Source of the DNA: Deltaproteobacteria bacterium
Lineage (GTDB): Bacteria > Desulfobacterota > Binatia > UBA12015
DNA length: 22,983 nt
Assembly: GCA_046583355.1 (NCBI GenBank)
Contig: JAYGCM010000068.1
Coordinates: 1 to 22,983, forward strand
Direction: 5' to 3'
The translations under genes were made by a program, and so were the position numbers. The notes below the pieces were generated by a model. The model ran no database searches. It worked only from the letters and a program-made list of their open reading frames with translations, and was not told the DNA's origin. Positions 1-8,938 of this stretch are shown one piece after another. How positions within the stretch are numbered: position 1 is the stretch's first letter; each line of letters opens with the position of its first letter.

Positions 1-1689
1 AAGGTGGCCGAACCGGCCACCACGACGCGCGCCGCGCCCGCTGGCACTTTTGTCGGCACGCACGACGCGGTCGGAAACCACCAATGGCTCGGCATCCACT
101 ACGCCGAGGCACCGACCGCCGCTCTGCGCTGGAAGGCGCCCGTGGCGGCACAGCCGCTTGCAGGTACGACCGAGGCCATCCGCAACGGCCCGGCCTGCCC
201 GCAATTCGCGGCCCGCTTTGGCGGGGAGAGCGGCGACCCGCTTGAGGTCCGCGGCGAGGAAGATTGCCTCACGCTCGATATCTACGCGCCTGCGGATCTG
301 GCACCCGGCGAGAAGCTGCCGGTCATGGTCTGGATTCACGGCGGCGGCAATACCATCGGCAACTCGGCCTTCTACCAAGGCGCCGAATTGACGCGCGAGG
401 GACGTGTCCTCGTCGTCGCGATTCAGTACCGGCTGGGACCTCTCGGCTTCTTCCGCCACGCCGCCCTGCGCGCCGGCACCGACGATATCGAAGGCTCGGG
501 CAATTTCGCGCTTCTCGATATGGCCGAATCACTGCGCTGGGTACGGAAGAATATCGCCTCCTTCGGCGGCGACCCGCAGAATGTGACGATCTTCGGCGAG
601 TCTGCGGGCGGACGCAACGTCTTCAGTCTCCTCCTGATGCCGCAGGCGGGCGGACTCTTCCACCGCGCCATCGCGCAAAGCGGCAGTCTCGCGGCTTCGA
701 CAGCAGCGCAAGCCGAGAATGCCGTCGATGCAGCCGAGCCCGGCCACCCGGCTTCGTCCAACGAAGCCCTTTTCCAATTGCTCGTGCTGGACGGCACGGC
801 CCAGGACCGCGACGCGGCCAAGGCGTCCGCTGCGCAGCTATCGGACACGGAAATCGCGTCCTACCTGCGCGGCAAAACCACCCAGGAGCTCTTCCTCGCC
901 TACGCCGACACCGAGGGAATGGGCATGATCAGTATGCCGCGCACCTTACGCGACGGCACCGTCCTGCCCGAGAAGAACCCGATCGATTCTTTTGCTGATG
1001 GCGAGTTCAACCGTGTGCCGGTGATCGCGGGCACCAACCGCGACGAGATCAAGCTCTTCCTCGCCGCCGACCCGGATCTTGTCTGGCAACTCTTCGGCAT
1101 CCTGCCGCGTATCCGCGACACCGAGCGATACAATACCATCGCCGAGCATGCCTCAAAGAGCTGGAAGGCCATTGGCGCCGACGAGCCGGCTGCCGCCATG
1201 CGGCGCAGCGGCCACGACCAGGTCTGGGTCTATCGCTTCGATTGGGACGAAGAAGGAAGTTTCCTCGGCACCGATTTCTCCGAGCTCTTCGGAGCCGGCC
1301 ACGCCCTCGAGATTCCCTTCGTCTTCGGCCATTACGATATGGGCCCGGAGCTCAGTCGCATCTTCAATGACGAAAACGCGGTCGGCCGCGCCGAGGTGCA
1401 AAACGCGATGGTCAGCTATTGGTCGGAGTTCGCCCGCGAGGGAAACCCGGGCCGCGGCGGCAAGGCCACCCTCCCCGTCTGGCAAAACGGCCCCGACTTC
1501 CTGGTGATCGACACGACGGCCGGCGGTGGCCTGCGCCACTCCGACCAGACGCTGACCGAAGAGTCCGTACTCGCCGCCGTCCAGGCCGACCCGCGACTCA
1601 ATGCCACCGAACGCTGCGAGACTCTCAAGGAGACCATGCGACGCCAGGTGCGCCACAGCGAGGCCGACCTACCCCGCTACGGCTGCTGA
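1..1689 (+). CDS. Type-B carboxylesterase/lipase (para-nitrobenzyl esterase-like), probably 5'-truncated by the window edge
   Basis: Motifs EDCLTLDIYAP, WIHGGG oxyanion hole, GESAG nucleophile elbow, GTNRDE acid and GAGHALEIPFVFG His. The frame is open from base 1 (aag gtg...), so the true start may lie upstream. Confidence 0.93.
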   Translation, partial: KVAEPATTTRAAPAGTFVGTHDAVGNHQWLGIHYAEAPTAALRWKAPVAAQPLAGTTEAIRNGPACPQFAARFGGESGDPLEVRGEEDCLTLDIYAPADLAPGEKLPVMVWIHGGGNTIGNSAFYQGAELTREGRVLVVAIQYRLGPLGFFRHAALRAGTDDIEGSGNFALLDMAESLRWVRKNIASFGGDPQNVTIFGESAGGRNVFSLLLMPQAGGLFHRAIAQSGSLAASTAAQAENAVDAAEPGHPASSNEALFQLLVLDGTAQDRDAAKASAAQLSDTEIASYLRGKTTQELFLAYADTEGMGMISMPRTLRDGTVLPEKNPIDSFADGEFNRVPVIAGTNRDEIKLFLAADPDLVWQLFGILPRIRDTERYNTIAEHASKSWKAIGADEPAAAMRRSGHDQVWVYRFDWDEEGSFLGTDFSELFGAGHALEIPFVFGHYDMGPELSRIFNDENAVGRAEVQNAMVSYWSEFAREGNPGRGGKATLPVWQNGPDFLVIDTTAGGGLRHSDQTLTEESVLAAVQADPRLNATERCETLKETMRRQVRHSEADLPRYGC

Positions 1690-1741
1690 GGTGGGAGGCG
1701 GGGGGCTTGCTTCGGGCTCCGGGATTCGTGAAGCGAAGGGT

Positions 1742-2530
1742 ATGCGATCCGCGTTGAGCCCGGCCGAGAAAGATTTCTGGGAGAAGAACCACTACCTCGT
1801 CCGCCGCGGTGCCCATGCCGGCCCAGCGCTTGCGTCGCTCATCGCTTGGACCGAAGAGCTGGCCGCATGGCCTGAGAGCCCCGGCCAGTGGATGAAATAT
1901 TTCGAGCGCACAGCACAAACCGACCGCCAACTCTGCCGCATTGAGAATTTCCTCGAATTCCACGCGGGCCTGCGCGACGTCGTCCAGGGCGACGAGACGA
2001 TCGCGATACTGTCCGAATTGATGGGCGAAGAGGCTGTACTCTTCAAGGAGAAAATCAACTACAAACTGCCCGGCGGTGCCGGCTTCCTGGCCCACCAGGA
2101 TGCGCCTGCCTTCATGAGCTTCGAGCAACGCTACCACGTCACCATGCTGGTCACGGTAGATCCGATGACCGTGGCGAACGGCTGTCTGGAAATCGGCGGT
2201 GCCGTACCAGCCTACGAGACGCTGCCGCAGGAAGCCGATGGCACCATAGCTACGCAAGAAGAAGAGGCCCGCGACTGGCGACCGCTCGAGATCCCTGCTG
2301 GCACCGCCGTTTTCTTCGACTCCTACCTCCCGCACCGCTCACAAACGAACCAATCCGATACGCCGCGCCGCGCGCTCTACATCACATACAACCGCAAGAG
2401 CGAAGGCGAACGGCGGGCTGATTATTACGCCGACAAGCGCAAAGTTTTCCCGCCCGAATGCGAGCGCGAGGAAGGCGTCGACTACGGCTCGAAGCCCGGC
2501 CCCTACAACCTCGGCAACCCCATTCGCTAA
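1742..2530 (+). CDS. phnY: Fe(II)/2-oxoglutarate dioxygenase, PhyH family, PhnY-like (2-aminoethylphosphonate dioxygenase)
   Basis: HQD...PH facial triad and RRALYITYN. Segments PGQWMKYFE, LCRIENF, FKEKINYKLPGGAGFLAHQDAPAF, DKRKVFPPE.ER and C-terminal YNLGNPIR closely resemble characterised PhnY as I recall it. ATG at 1742 follows purine-rich GAAGGG. Confidence 0.8.
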   Translation: MRSALSPAEKDFWEKNHYLVRRGAHAGPALASLIAWTEELAAWPESPGQWMKYFERTAQTDRQLCRIENFLEFHAGLRDVVQGDETIAILSELMGEEAVLFKEKINYKLPGGAGFLAHQDAPAFMSFEQRYHVTMLVTVDPMTVANGCLEIGGAVPAYETLPQEADGTIATQEEEARDWRPLEIPAGTAVFFDSYLPHRSQTNQSDTPRRALYITYNRKSEGERRADYYADKRKVFPPECEREEGVDYGSKPGPYNLGNPIR

Positions 2531-2555
2531 AAGACATCTGCCAGAGGTTCGGCCG

Positions 2556-4028
2556 CTACCGATCGATGCGTTCGATCCAGGAACGCGGCAGATACATCGC
2601 CTTGTCGATGATCGCGATGAAGGTCCGGATAACCGCCTCGAACTCCTCGTCGGCAATCTTGTCGATGGTATCATCGGCAAGGAAGAGGTATTCCGGCCCC
2701 GAGATCAGCGAATAGCTCGGAATCCCCTGCAGGAAATAGCTCTGCGTCTCGCCGAACATCGCGATCGTTCCGCTACGCGGGATCAGCGTATCGTGCAGAT
2801 CGCCCGCCTCGATGGCGGCTTTGGTCGCCTCGAAGAGCAGATGGTTGGGCGGCGTAAAGAGGATACGCGGCTCGACACCACCGGTGTCGACGTAGCCCTC
2901 CGCCGTGGCCTCAAAACGTTTCGCGATATGCTCGATACCGATCGCCAGAACCGTATTCGCCATCACTCTGGGGTTCGCCGCGGCAAACTCGTTTGCCCCG
3001 CGCGGGTAGTTCCAATCGTAATGGTTGCCATCAAATACAAAAACCAGAGTCTTCTGACGAAAATTGCTCGGCACCTGAGAAAAATATTTAGCCAGGCCGA
3101 GCACGGCCGCGATGCCCGAGGCGTCCTGCACCCCGCCCGCCCAGCCCGCGTCGTGGTGCGTATTGATCAGAATCGTCTCGGGCTTCTCACCCTTGAGAAC
3201 CCCCACGATATTCGCCGAAGACGCCGCAACCACGCGGCCCTCCACCTTGATACGTCCCTGCAATGGCGCCGTCGCTGCCCGCAGTCGCGCCACCAGTTTT
3301 TCGCCCTCGTATTTCCCGACGAAGACGCCCGGAATCCGCGCCTGCACCATCGCGGAGGGATCCGGGTAGAAGCGGTCGGTCCCCGTATCGTAGTCCTTGA
3401 GGATCGCGACGAAGCCGACCGCGCCGCGGGCCGCGGCGGTATAATAGCTGACGGGAAAATTCCGCGGGATCGGGCCGGCCTTGCCGCCAAAGCTCGTCTG
3501 CGCCAGAGTTTCGTTCGGGTCGTATATAAAATCAGCGATCGCCGGAGCAAGCGCCCCGGGAATGGCCTGGCCGCGAACCTCGAAGACGACGATACGACCG
3601 CGCAGATCGAGCGCCGGGTCGATCGTGTCACCAACGAAGAGCAACTCACCTGCCAGTCCCGCACCCCCCGTGAAGCTGGCCCCACGCAGAAAGAACGCCG
3701 GCACATCCTCCCCCTCGACCGCAAATTCCCAAGAATGGTAGTCACGTCGCTCGAAGCGGAAAGCCTGTTGCTCGACCTGCCGGAAGCCGAAGCTGCGCAA
3801 CTGCCCGGCAATGAACCCGCGCACCTCCTCATCGCCCGGCGTACCCATGCGGCGAAACTCCTTGTGCTTCTCACTGAGTGCGACGACCTCGCGTGCCCAG
3901 CCGAACATCTCGGCATTGCTCGGCACGGGAGGCGTCGAGCGCGTGATTTCCTGCGCCCCGGCCCCGGCCGCGACCAACAGGAGCAGCCCGCAAAGGCAGC
4001 CGACGAACCTCGTGATTGTTGCGCTCAT
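2556..4028 (-). CDS. Secreted M28 peptidase-fold protein with PA domain, non-canonical active site
   Basis: Signal peptide (FVGCLCGLLLLVAAGAGA/Q), PA domain (GELLFVG...LRGRIVV...AAARGAVG...IPGVFVG), SANIVGVLKG, NTHHD, QDASGIAAVLGLA and DDTIDKI. ATG at 4028 chosen over the upstream extension in the ORF track. Confidence 0.8.
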   Translation of the reverse strand: MSATITRFVGCLCGLLLLVAAGAGAQEITRSTPPVPSNAEMFGWAREVVALSEKHKEFRRMGTPGDEEVRGFIAGQLRSFGFRQVEQQAFRFERRDYHSWEFAVEGEDVPAFFLRGASFTGGAGLAGELLFVGDTIDPALDLRGRIVVFEVRGQAIPGALAPAIADFIYDPNETLAQTSFGGKAGPIPRNFPVSYYTAAARGAVGFVAILKDYDTGTDRFYPDPSAMVQARIPGVFVGKYEGEKLVARLRAATAPLQGRIKVEGRVVAASSANIVGVLKGEKPETILINTHHDAGWAGGVQDASGIAAVLGLAKYFSQVPSNFRQKTLVFVFDGNHYDWNYPRGANEFAAANPRVMANTVLAIGIEHIAKRFEATAEGYVDTGGVEPRILFTPPNHLLFEATKAAIEAGDLHDTLIPRSGTIAMFGETQSYFLQGIPSYSLISGPEYLFLADDTIDKIADEEFEAVIRTFIAIIDKAMYLPRSWIERIDR

Positions 4029-4229
4029 GGTCTGATGCGCAGCGCTCGCACCTTTCGCCCGCAAACCCAAACCGGCCGAAAACTGCGCGAGGAACTGCGC
4101 AGCCTCAGCCACTAGAGCGAACAAAGGAGCGCACAAGGCTTCGGATCAGCCCGCCCTGGCTCGGCTGCCATACGGAACGGTTCTTGCGTGAGCCTTGGAG
4201 GAGCGGCTTGAAAACCAAGAGGATACCTC

Positions 4230-7200
4230 ATGTCGAATTCCCGTATCGCCCCATGCCATGATGCCCCGCGTTGTCGGAGCACGACCTCGAGCCGCCGCAC
4301 CCGGAGGCTCGGCGCGCCGCTGCATTTCCGGCACCTCCGGGAACTCGCCAGCCGAGCCGGCTTGCTCGTGGCCTTGGTGTTTCTCCTCGCGGCGCCCTTG
4401 CTGGCCGCCGCCGGCCCCGCCGACCGCTACGAGACGAGCCTGAACGGCACCTGGGATTTCCTGCCACATGACGGCACGGTGGCTGGGACGCCGGGCTCCA
4501 TCACCGTACCCTCCTTCTGGGACACCGACGCCGCGTGGAGCGATGTCACCCACGCCACGTTCTCGCGCGCCTTCGATGTCCCCGCGACGTGGGTCCACCA
4601 CCGCGTCGTGCTGCGCTTCGGCGCCGTCAGCTTCCGCGCCCGGGTGACCCTCAACGGCACCCTCCTGGGCACACACGACGGCGACGGCACGCCCTTTGAG
4701 TTCGACGTCACGGATCTGGTCACCGCCACCGGCAACCAGCTCGATGTCGAGGTTTTCGACCAGGAGGTCGTGAGCCCCGGCGCGTACTATACCTATCCGA
4801 TCGGCCTCCCCGTCCGGCCCGGATCGATTCCCGCCTACCTCGGCATCTGTCAGGCCGTAACGTTGGTCGGTCTGCCCTTGGTGCATACAAGCGACGTGCA
4901 TATCGTACCGCGCGTCAGCAACGGCGAGATCGAGGTCCACGTGACGGTGCGCAACGATGACCAGGTCGCCCACAGCGTGACGGTTGAGGGGGAGATTCTT
5001 GACGCCGGGACTTCCGTCAAATCGCTGCCCGCACCGGCAGCGACGACGATTGCCGCAGGCGGGATCCATGTCTTCTCCTCGGTCGAGCCCTGGGCGAACC
5101 CGATCCTCTGGTGGCCTGGCCAACCCCACCTCTATGAGCTGCGAACCCGGATCCTGGAGGCGGGCATCGTCCTCGACACCGCCGATGATACCCGCTTCGG
5201 CTATCGCGAAATCACCATCGACGGGAGGGATTACCGCCTCAACGGCCTGCGCTTCAATATGCGGGGCGAAACAACGGTTTACCCGAAGTTTCTCTTCGAT
5301 GACCGCCCGACCATCGAAGCACAGATGCAGCGGTGGAAGAATATCGGCATCAATGTTGTCCGCTACCACACGCAACCACCACCGCCGCTCTTTCTCGATA
5401 TCGCCGACGAGATGGGCCTCCCCATCATCGACGAGTCCGTCGTCTATTGCAGCGACGAAGACCTCGACCTCGGCAACCCCTTTTTCTGGCAGAACTCTCG
5501 CGACCATATCGCCGAGTGGGTCCCGCGTGACCGCAACCACCCATCCGTCGTCACCTGGAGCGTGGCGAATGAATGCCTCTACAAAAATACGCCACCGGTC
5601 AGCACCACCGACCTCTTCACGCTGGAAACCGAGCTGCTGCTCTACGACGATAGTCGACCCGTGATTTACGACGGCGACGGCGCGATCGGCGGACTCGCCT
5701 TGACCAGCAACAAGCACTACCCGAGTAATATCGCGCATCTCGAGAGCGCAGATGCCGCGCATGCCTATACGAATTGGTACAGCCTCGACCCCTATTGGAT
5801 GGACGGCGTCGTGCTGACCCGACCCACCGGCATCGGAGAGTGGATGTACAACAAGGCGCCGTCCTCGAACCCGAACAACGTGTATTATTCCCGAAACTGG
5901 GGACGGGTGAAGGCCCTGATGATCCGCGGCTACCGCGCCAATAATTTCGCCGATATCCGCCCCTTCACCGTGGGCCAGGAAGGGCTCAAATCCTCTTCCC
6001 GCTACACCTATCCGATCTTCGCCTCGTCGTTTGCCGCCAATGCGGTATTCGACGTGGAACACGATGATCTCTGGGCCGACCTCTTCGCGCCCGGTTCACC
6101 GCTACCTGCGCTCGACGAAGGCACGTTCTCGGCCCGCAATCTGATCGTCTTCAACGAGGATCTCTCCGACCTGCCCGATGATCAGATTCTGGTCGAGTGG
6201 CGCACCGAGATTCTGAACCAGACCATCGACTCGGGTTCCTTCACCGCGGCCGTCACGCCCGGCGAGCATATCCAACAGACGATCTCGATGCCGGTACCGA
6301 CGGTTGCGGGCAGCACGCCTTTCTTTCTGGTCTTGAATGCGCGCAAGGGCGGAGGTCTCGTCTTTGAGGACCGCCGCGCCTTCCTCGCCCAGGAGACCGG
6401 CGTCGCGGCAAATGAAGTGCCCACCATTCTGGTCGATACTTTCGATGCCCACAGCCCCAACGATGTCTGGACATTCTTCGACACCGAATGGGCGCGGACC
6501 GGCGTGCTGCAGGCCACCGGCCTGACCTCACAGAAATCCGTGGCCGCTCTGGACCACTATCTCTTCGACGATTTCACACTCGAATTCGATGTACGCCTGA
6601 CCAGTGGATCGGGCTGGGCCGGGATGAGCTTCCGGCGGGTACGGCCGGAGGATTATCACCACGAAAGCGGCTACACCGTCTTCCTGACGGCAGGCGGCGG
6701 CGTCCGGCTCTACGATTCGAACAGCAATTCGGTGGTCGACAGCGCCGCGACCGGAGCAGGCAATACGATGCGACGTGTGCGCATCGAAGCCACCGGCGCG
6801 AGGATCCAGGTGTGGGTCGATGGCGTCGCCTACCTCGATCATACCGACCCCAGCACGCCGATCACGGCAGCCGGCTATGTCGGCTTCATGAAAAGCGCCG
6901 GCGCCACGGCCGAGTACGATAATGTGCGAATCTCCGCTGCTCTGCTCTCGCCCTGCGGCGATGGCGTGATCGAAGGCGCGGAGGAGTGCGACGACGGCAA
7001 TATGGCCGACGGCGATTGCTGCTCTGCCGTCTGCACCGCCGAGCTTCTGGGCAGCCCCTGCAGCGACGACGCCAATGAATGCACCGACGATATCTGCAGC
7101 GCGATCGGCACCTGCGAACACCTTCCGAATACGCAGCGCTGCGACGACGGCGAGCTCTGCACGACGGGAGATGTCTGCAATGCCGGCGTCTGCGTTCCCG

Positions 7201-7283
7201 GCGCCTGCCGCACGGGCGAGCAATGCTCGGTCTGTGGCGGCGAATGCAGCGGCAGCGACGGCACCTGCGGCTGCATCTTCTGA
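4230..7283 (+). CDS. Secreted glycoside hydrolase family 2 with a C-terminal beta-sandwich (DUF1080/ConA-like) and Cys-rich repeat tail
   Basis: SLNGTWDF, LRFGAV, PFEFDVT, LWWPGQPHLY, FGYREI, DEMGL, DRNHPSVVTWSVANE (acid/base Glu, about 5571) and IGEW (probable nucleophile). Hydrophobic signal segment present. AGAGG RBS upstream of ATG 4230. Confidence 0.9.
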   Translation: MSNSRIAPCHDAPRCRSTTSSRRTRRLGAPLHFRHLRELASRAGLLVALVFLLAAPLLAAAGPADRYETSLNGTWDFLPHDGTVAGTPGSITVPSFWDTDAAWSDVTHATFSRAFDVPATWVHHRVVLRFGAVSFRARVTLNGTLLGTHDGDGTPFEFDVTDLVTATGNQLDVEVFDQEVVSPGAYYTYPIGLPVRPGSIPAYLGICQAVTLVGLPLVHTSDVHIVPRVSNGEIEVHVTVRNDDQVAHSVTVEGEILDAGTSVKSLPAPAATTIAAGGIHVFSSVEPWANPILWWPGQPHLYELRTRILEAGIVLDTADDTRFGYREITIDGRDYRLNGLRFNMRGETTVYPKFLFDDRPTIEAQMQRWKNIGINVVRYHTQPPPPLFLDIADEMGLPIIDESVVYCSDEDLDLGNPFFWQNSRDHIAEWVPRDRNHPSVVTWSVANECLYKNTPPVSTTDLFTLETELLLYDDSRPVIYDGDGAIGGLALTSNKHYPSNIAHLESADAAHAYTNWYSLDPYWMDGVVLTRPTGIGEWMYNKAPSSNPNNVYYSRNWGRVKALMIRGYRANNFADIRPFTVGQEGLKSSSRYTYPIFASSFAANAVFDVEHDDLWADLFAPGSPLPALDEGTFSARNLIVFNEDLSDLPDDQILVEWRTEILNQTIDSGSFTAAVTPGEHIQQTISMPVPTVAGSTPFFLVLNARKGGGLVFEDRRAFLAQETGVAANEVPTILVDTFDAHSPNDVWTFFDTEWARTGVLQATGLTSQKSVAALDHYLFDDFTLEFDVRLTSGSGWAGMSFRRVRPEDYHHESGYTVFLTAGGGVRLYDSNSNSVVDSAATGAGNTMRRVRIEATGARIQVWVDGVAYLDHTDPSTPITAAGYVGFMKSAGATAEYDNVRISAALLSPCGDGVIEGAEECDDGNMADGDCCSAVCTAELLGSPCSDDANECTDDICSAIGTCEHLPNTQRCDDGELCTTGDVCNAGVCVPGACRTGEQCSVCGGECSGSDGTCGCIF
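6954..7280 (+). repeat. Cys-rich protein repeat region (myxobacterial CGDG/DUF4215-like unit followed by CDDG..CT.D.C units)
   Basis: 19 Cys in the last 109 aa: CGDGVIEGAEECDDGNMADGDCCSAVC, CSDDANECTDDIC, CDDGELCTTGDVC. Confidence 0.8.
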
Positions 7284-7299
7284 ACGAGGGGCCGAGCCT

Positions 7300-8106
7300 C
7301 TAGACGTCCCAGATCATTTTCCGGGCGGTAGCGCCGACCAAAAGTTCGGCCGGACTTTTTTTGTCGATGTGGCCGATGAGGCTGTTGTAGACGCCGTAGC
7401 CGACCAACTCGCGCAGGCGCGGCGAGAAGCCACGCACGGTATCACGCGGAATTCCCAGCTGCTGGTTCTCCTGCTGGCGAATGAACCCCGCGCAATAATT
7501 CATCGCGATGCCGAGGCGCCGATCGCAGCTGCGGTTGGCACCGCCGCCGTGCCAGAGACTGCCGTGCCAGACCAATACGCTCCCCTTGGACATCTCAGCG
7601 GCCACGCTCGCATAGGGCTTGCCGTACTCCGGGGACGCATCGGACAAATGCGAACCCGGGATAATCCGCGTAGCGCCGTTGGCCTCAGTGAAATCCGTCA
7701 GAGCCCACATCGAATTGCAGACCGTCGGGATATGGGGCTTGGCGAGCGCGATGATCTGGTCGTCGGCATGAATCGGCTGCTCGGTTTCACCCGGATCGAT
7801 TCCGATCGACGAGAGTGACGAAACCAGGCAACCCGGATCGAGGACGCGCTCGACCAACGGCAATACCTCCGCATGCACGGGAACCTGCTCGTAGAGTTTC
7901 CCGCGCGCCAGCAGATTATAGATCCGGATGGTGCGGGTGCCTTCGAACTCGTTTTTCGCCGCCGCGACCGTATCTTCATGCTCGATGCGCCGCAGGTCGG
8001 CGCTCAACGCATCGATCAGATCCGGCGCGAGTACGTTTTCCAGGATCGCGTATCCATCGCGCTCGATCTGCGCGGTGAAATCCTCCAGCTTCTGTCCCGA
8101 GAGCAT
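7300..8106 (-). CDS. Phytanoyl-CoA dioxygenase (PhyH) family protein
   Basis: DGYAILENVL, QPIHADD (HxD), WALTDFTEANGATRIIPGSH, LWHGGGAN and R of DRRLG. AAAGGGG RBS before ATG. Confidence 0.9.
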   Translation of the reverse strand: MLSGQKLEDFTAQIERDGYAILENVLAPDLIDALSADLRRIEHEDTVAAAKNEFEGTRTIRIYNLLARGKLYEQVPVHAEVLPLVERVLDPGCLVSSLSSIGIDPGETEQPIHADDQIIALAKPHIPTVCNSMWALTDFTEANGATRIIPGSHLSDASPEYGKPYASVAAEMSKGSVLVWHGSLWHGGGANRSCDRRLGIAMNYCAGFIRQQENQQLGIPRDTVRGFSPRLRELVGYGVYNSLIGHIDKKSPAELLVGATARKMIWDV

Positions 8107-8187
8107 GCCCCTTTCTCCGCCCGACAGCCGCCAACGTCAAGGCGAGAGGGCCGGCCGACAAGTCAGGCGGCATTCGCGCCGAACCTC

Positions 8188-8222
8188 TAGACCTCCCTCG
8201 TTTTCCTGTTAGCTTCGGCCCT
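8188..8222 (+). promoter_or_regulatory. Putative sigma70 promoter for a leaderless GPP34 transcript
   Basis: TAGACC (8188-8193), 16 nt, then extended -10 TGnTAGCTT (8207-8215), 7 nt before GTG 8223. No SD sequence. Confidence 0.4.
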
Positions 8223-8876
8223 GTGCTGACGCTTGCTGAAGACCTCGTACTCCTCGCCCTGGACGATCAATCCGGTCGAATCCTACCCGTCGACGATATC
8301 GGCTACCGCCACGCGCTGGGCGGAGCCGTCCTGATGGACCTCGCATTGCGCGGCAAAATCGACAATGACGTCGCGACGCTGCGCTTGGTCGATGAAACAC
8401 CGAGCGCCGAGGGACTCCTCAACCATTGGATCAGTATCATCGCGGCCGAAAGCGAAAGCCTTCCCGCCAAGGTCTGGATCGCACGCCTGGCGCTCGAGTC
8501 CGAAGAAATCGAGCATGCGGCACTCTCGCGCCTGGTCGAACGCGGCATTCTCGCCTGCCAGGAAAAGCGACTCCTTTGGGTCTTCGAGACACGCCGCTAC
8601 CCGACCATCGACGGCACGGAAGAAAGGGAAGTCAAGCGCCGAATAATCGACGTTCTCCTGAGTGACGGCACGCCGTCCCAGACCGACGCGATTCTGGTCG
8701 GCCTGGTAGATGATGCGCGCCTGTTGCCGCATCTGCTCAGCGAAGCCGAAACCCGCAACGCGGCCACAAGAGTGGTGCAGGTACGAGAACTCGACCGCAT
8801 GGGCCAGGAAGTCTCTGCGGTCATCGAGCATCTGCGCATCGAAATGCTGCAAGCACTGACGCGCGCGCCCCAATAG
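8223..8876 (+). CDS. GPP34/GOLPH3 (Golgi phosphoprotein 3) family protein
   Basis: LTLAEDLVLLALDDQSG, LGGAVLMDLALRGKI, LVERGIL and KRLLWVFETRRYP are typical of bacterial GPP34 proteins. Confidence 0.88.
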   Translation: MLTLAEDLVLLALDDQSGRILPVDDIGYRHALGGAVLMDLALRGKIDNDVATLRLVDETPSAEGLLNHWISIIAAESESLPAKVWIARLALESEEIEHAALSRLVERGILACQEKRLLWVFETRRYPTIDGTEEREVKRRIIDVLLSDGTPSQTDAILVGLVDDARLLPHLLSEAETRNAATRVVQVRELDRMGQEVSAVIEHLRIEMLQALTRAPQ

Positions 8877-8938
8877 ACGCGACCGGCCTGTGCCGCAACC
8901 GGGTCGCATGAGCAAATCGACTTGGCTAGAGAGCCGGT

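Noticed and set aside
1601..1741. Upstream start extensions in the ORF track (also 4136, 10464, 11542, 11773, 12036, 17544, 18245, 22674)
   Set aside because: They overlap neighbouring genes, promoters or the terminator and lack family similarity. Downstream starts fit RBS, -10 or coupling signals better.
4030..4229. Riboswitch or ncRNA in the divergent M28/GH2 intergenic region (AACTGCGC direct repeat, CTGCGC/GCGCAG hairpin)
   Set aside because: Only short GC-rich pairings; no convincing match to c-di-GMP or other riboswitch consensus by eye. An Rfam scan would settle it.
4146..6062. 638-aa antisense ORF and other long overlapping ORFs (2793-4115, 10724-11800, 14536-15405, 15492-16310)
   Set aside because: They lie opposite well-supported genes and have no recognisable motifs; these are typical shadow ORFs in high-GC DNA.
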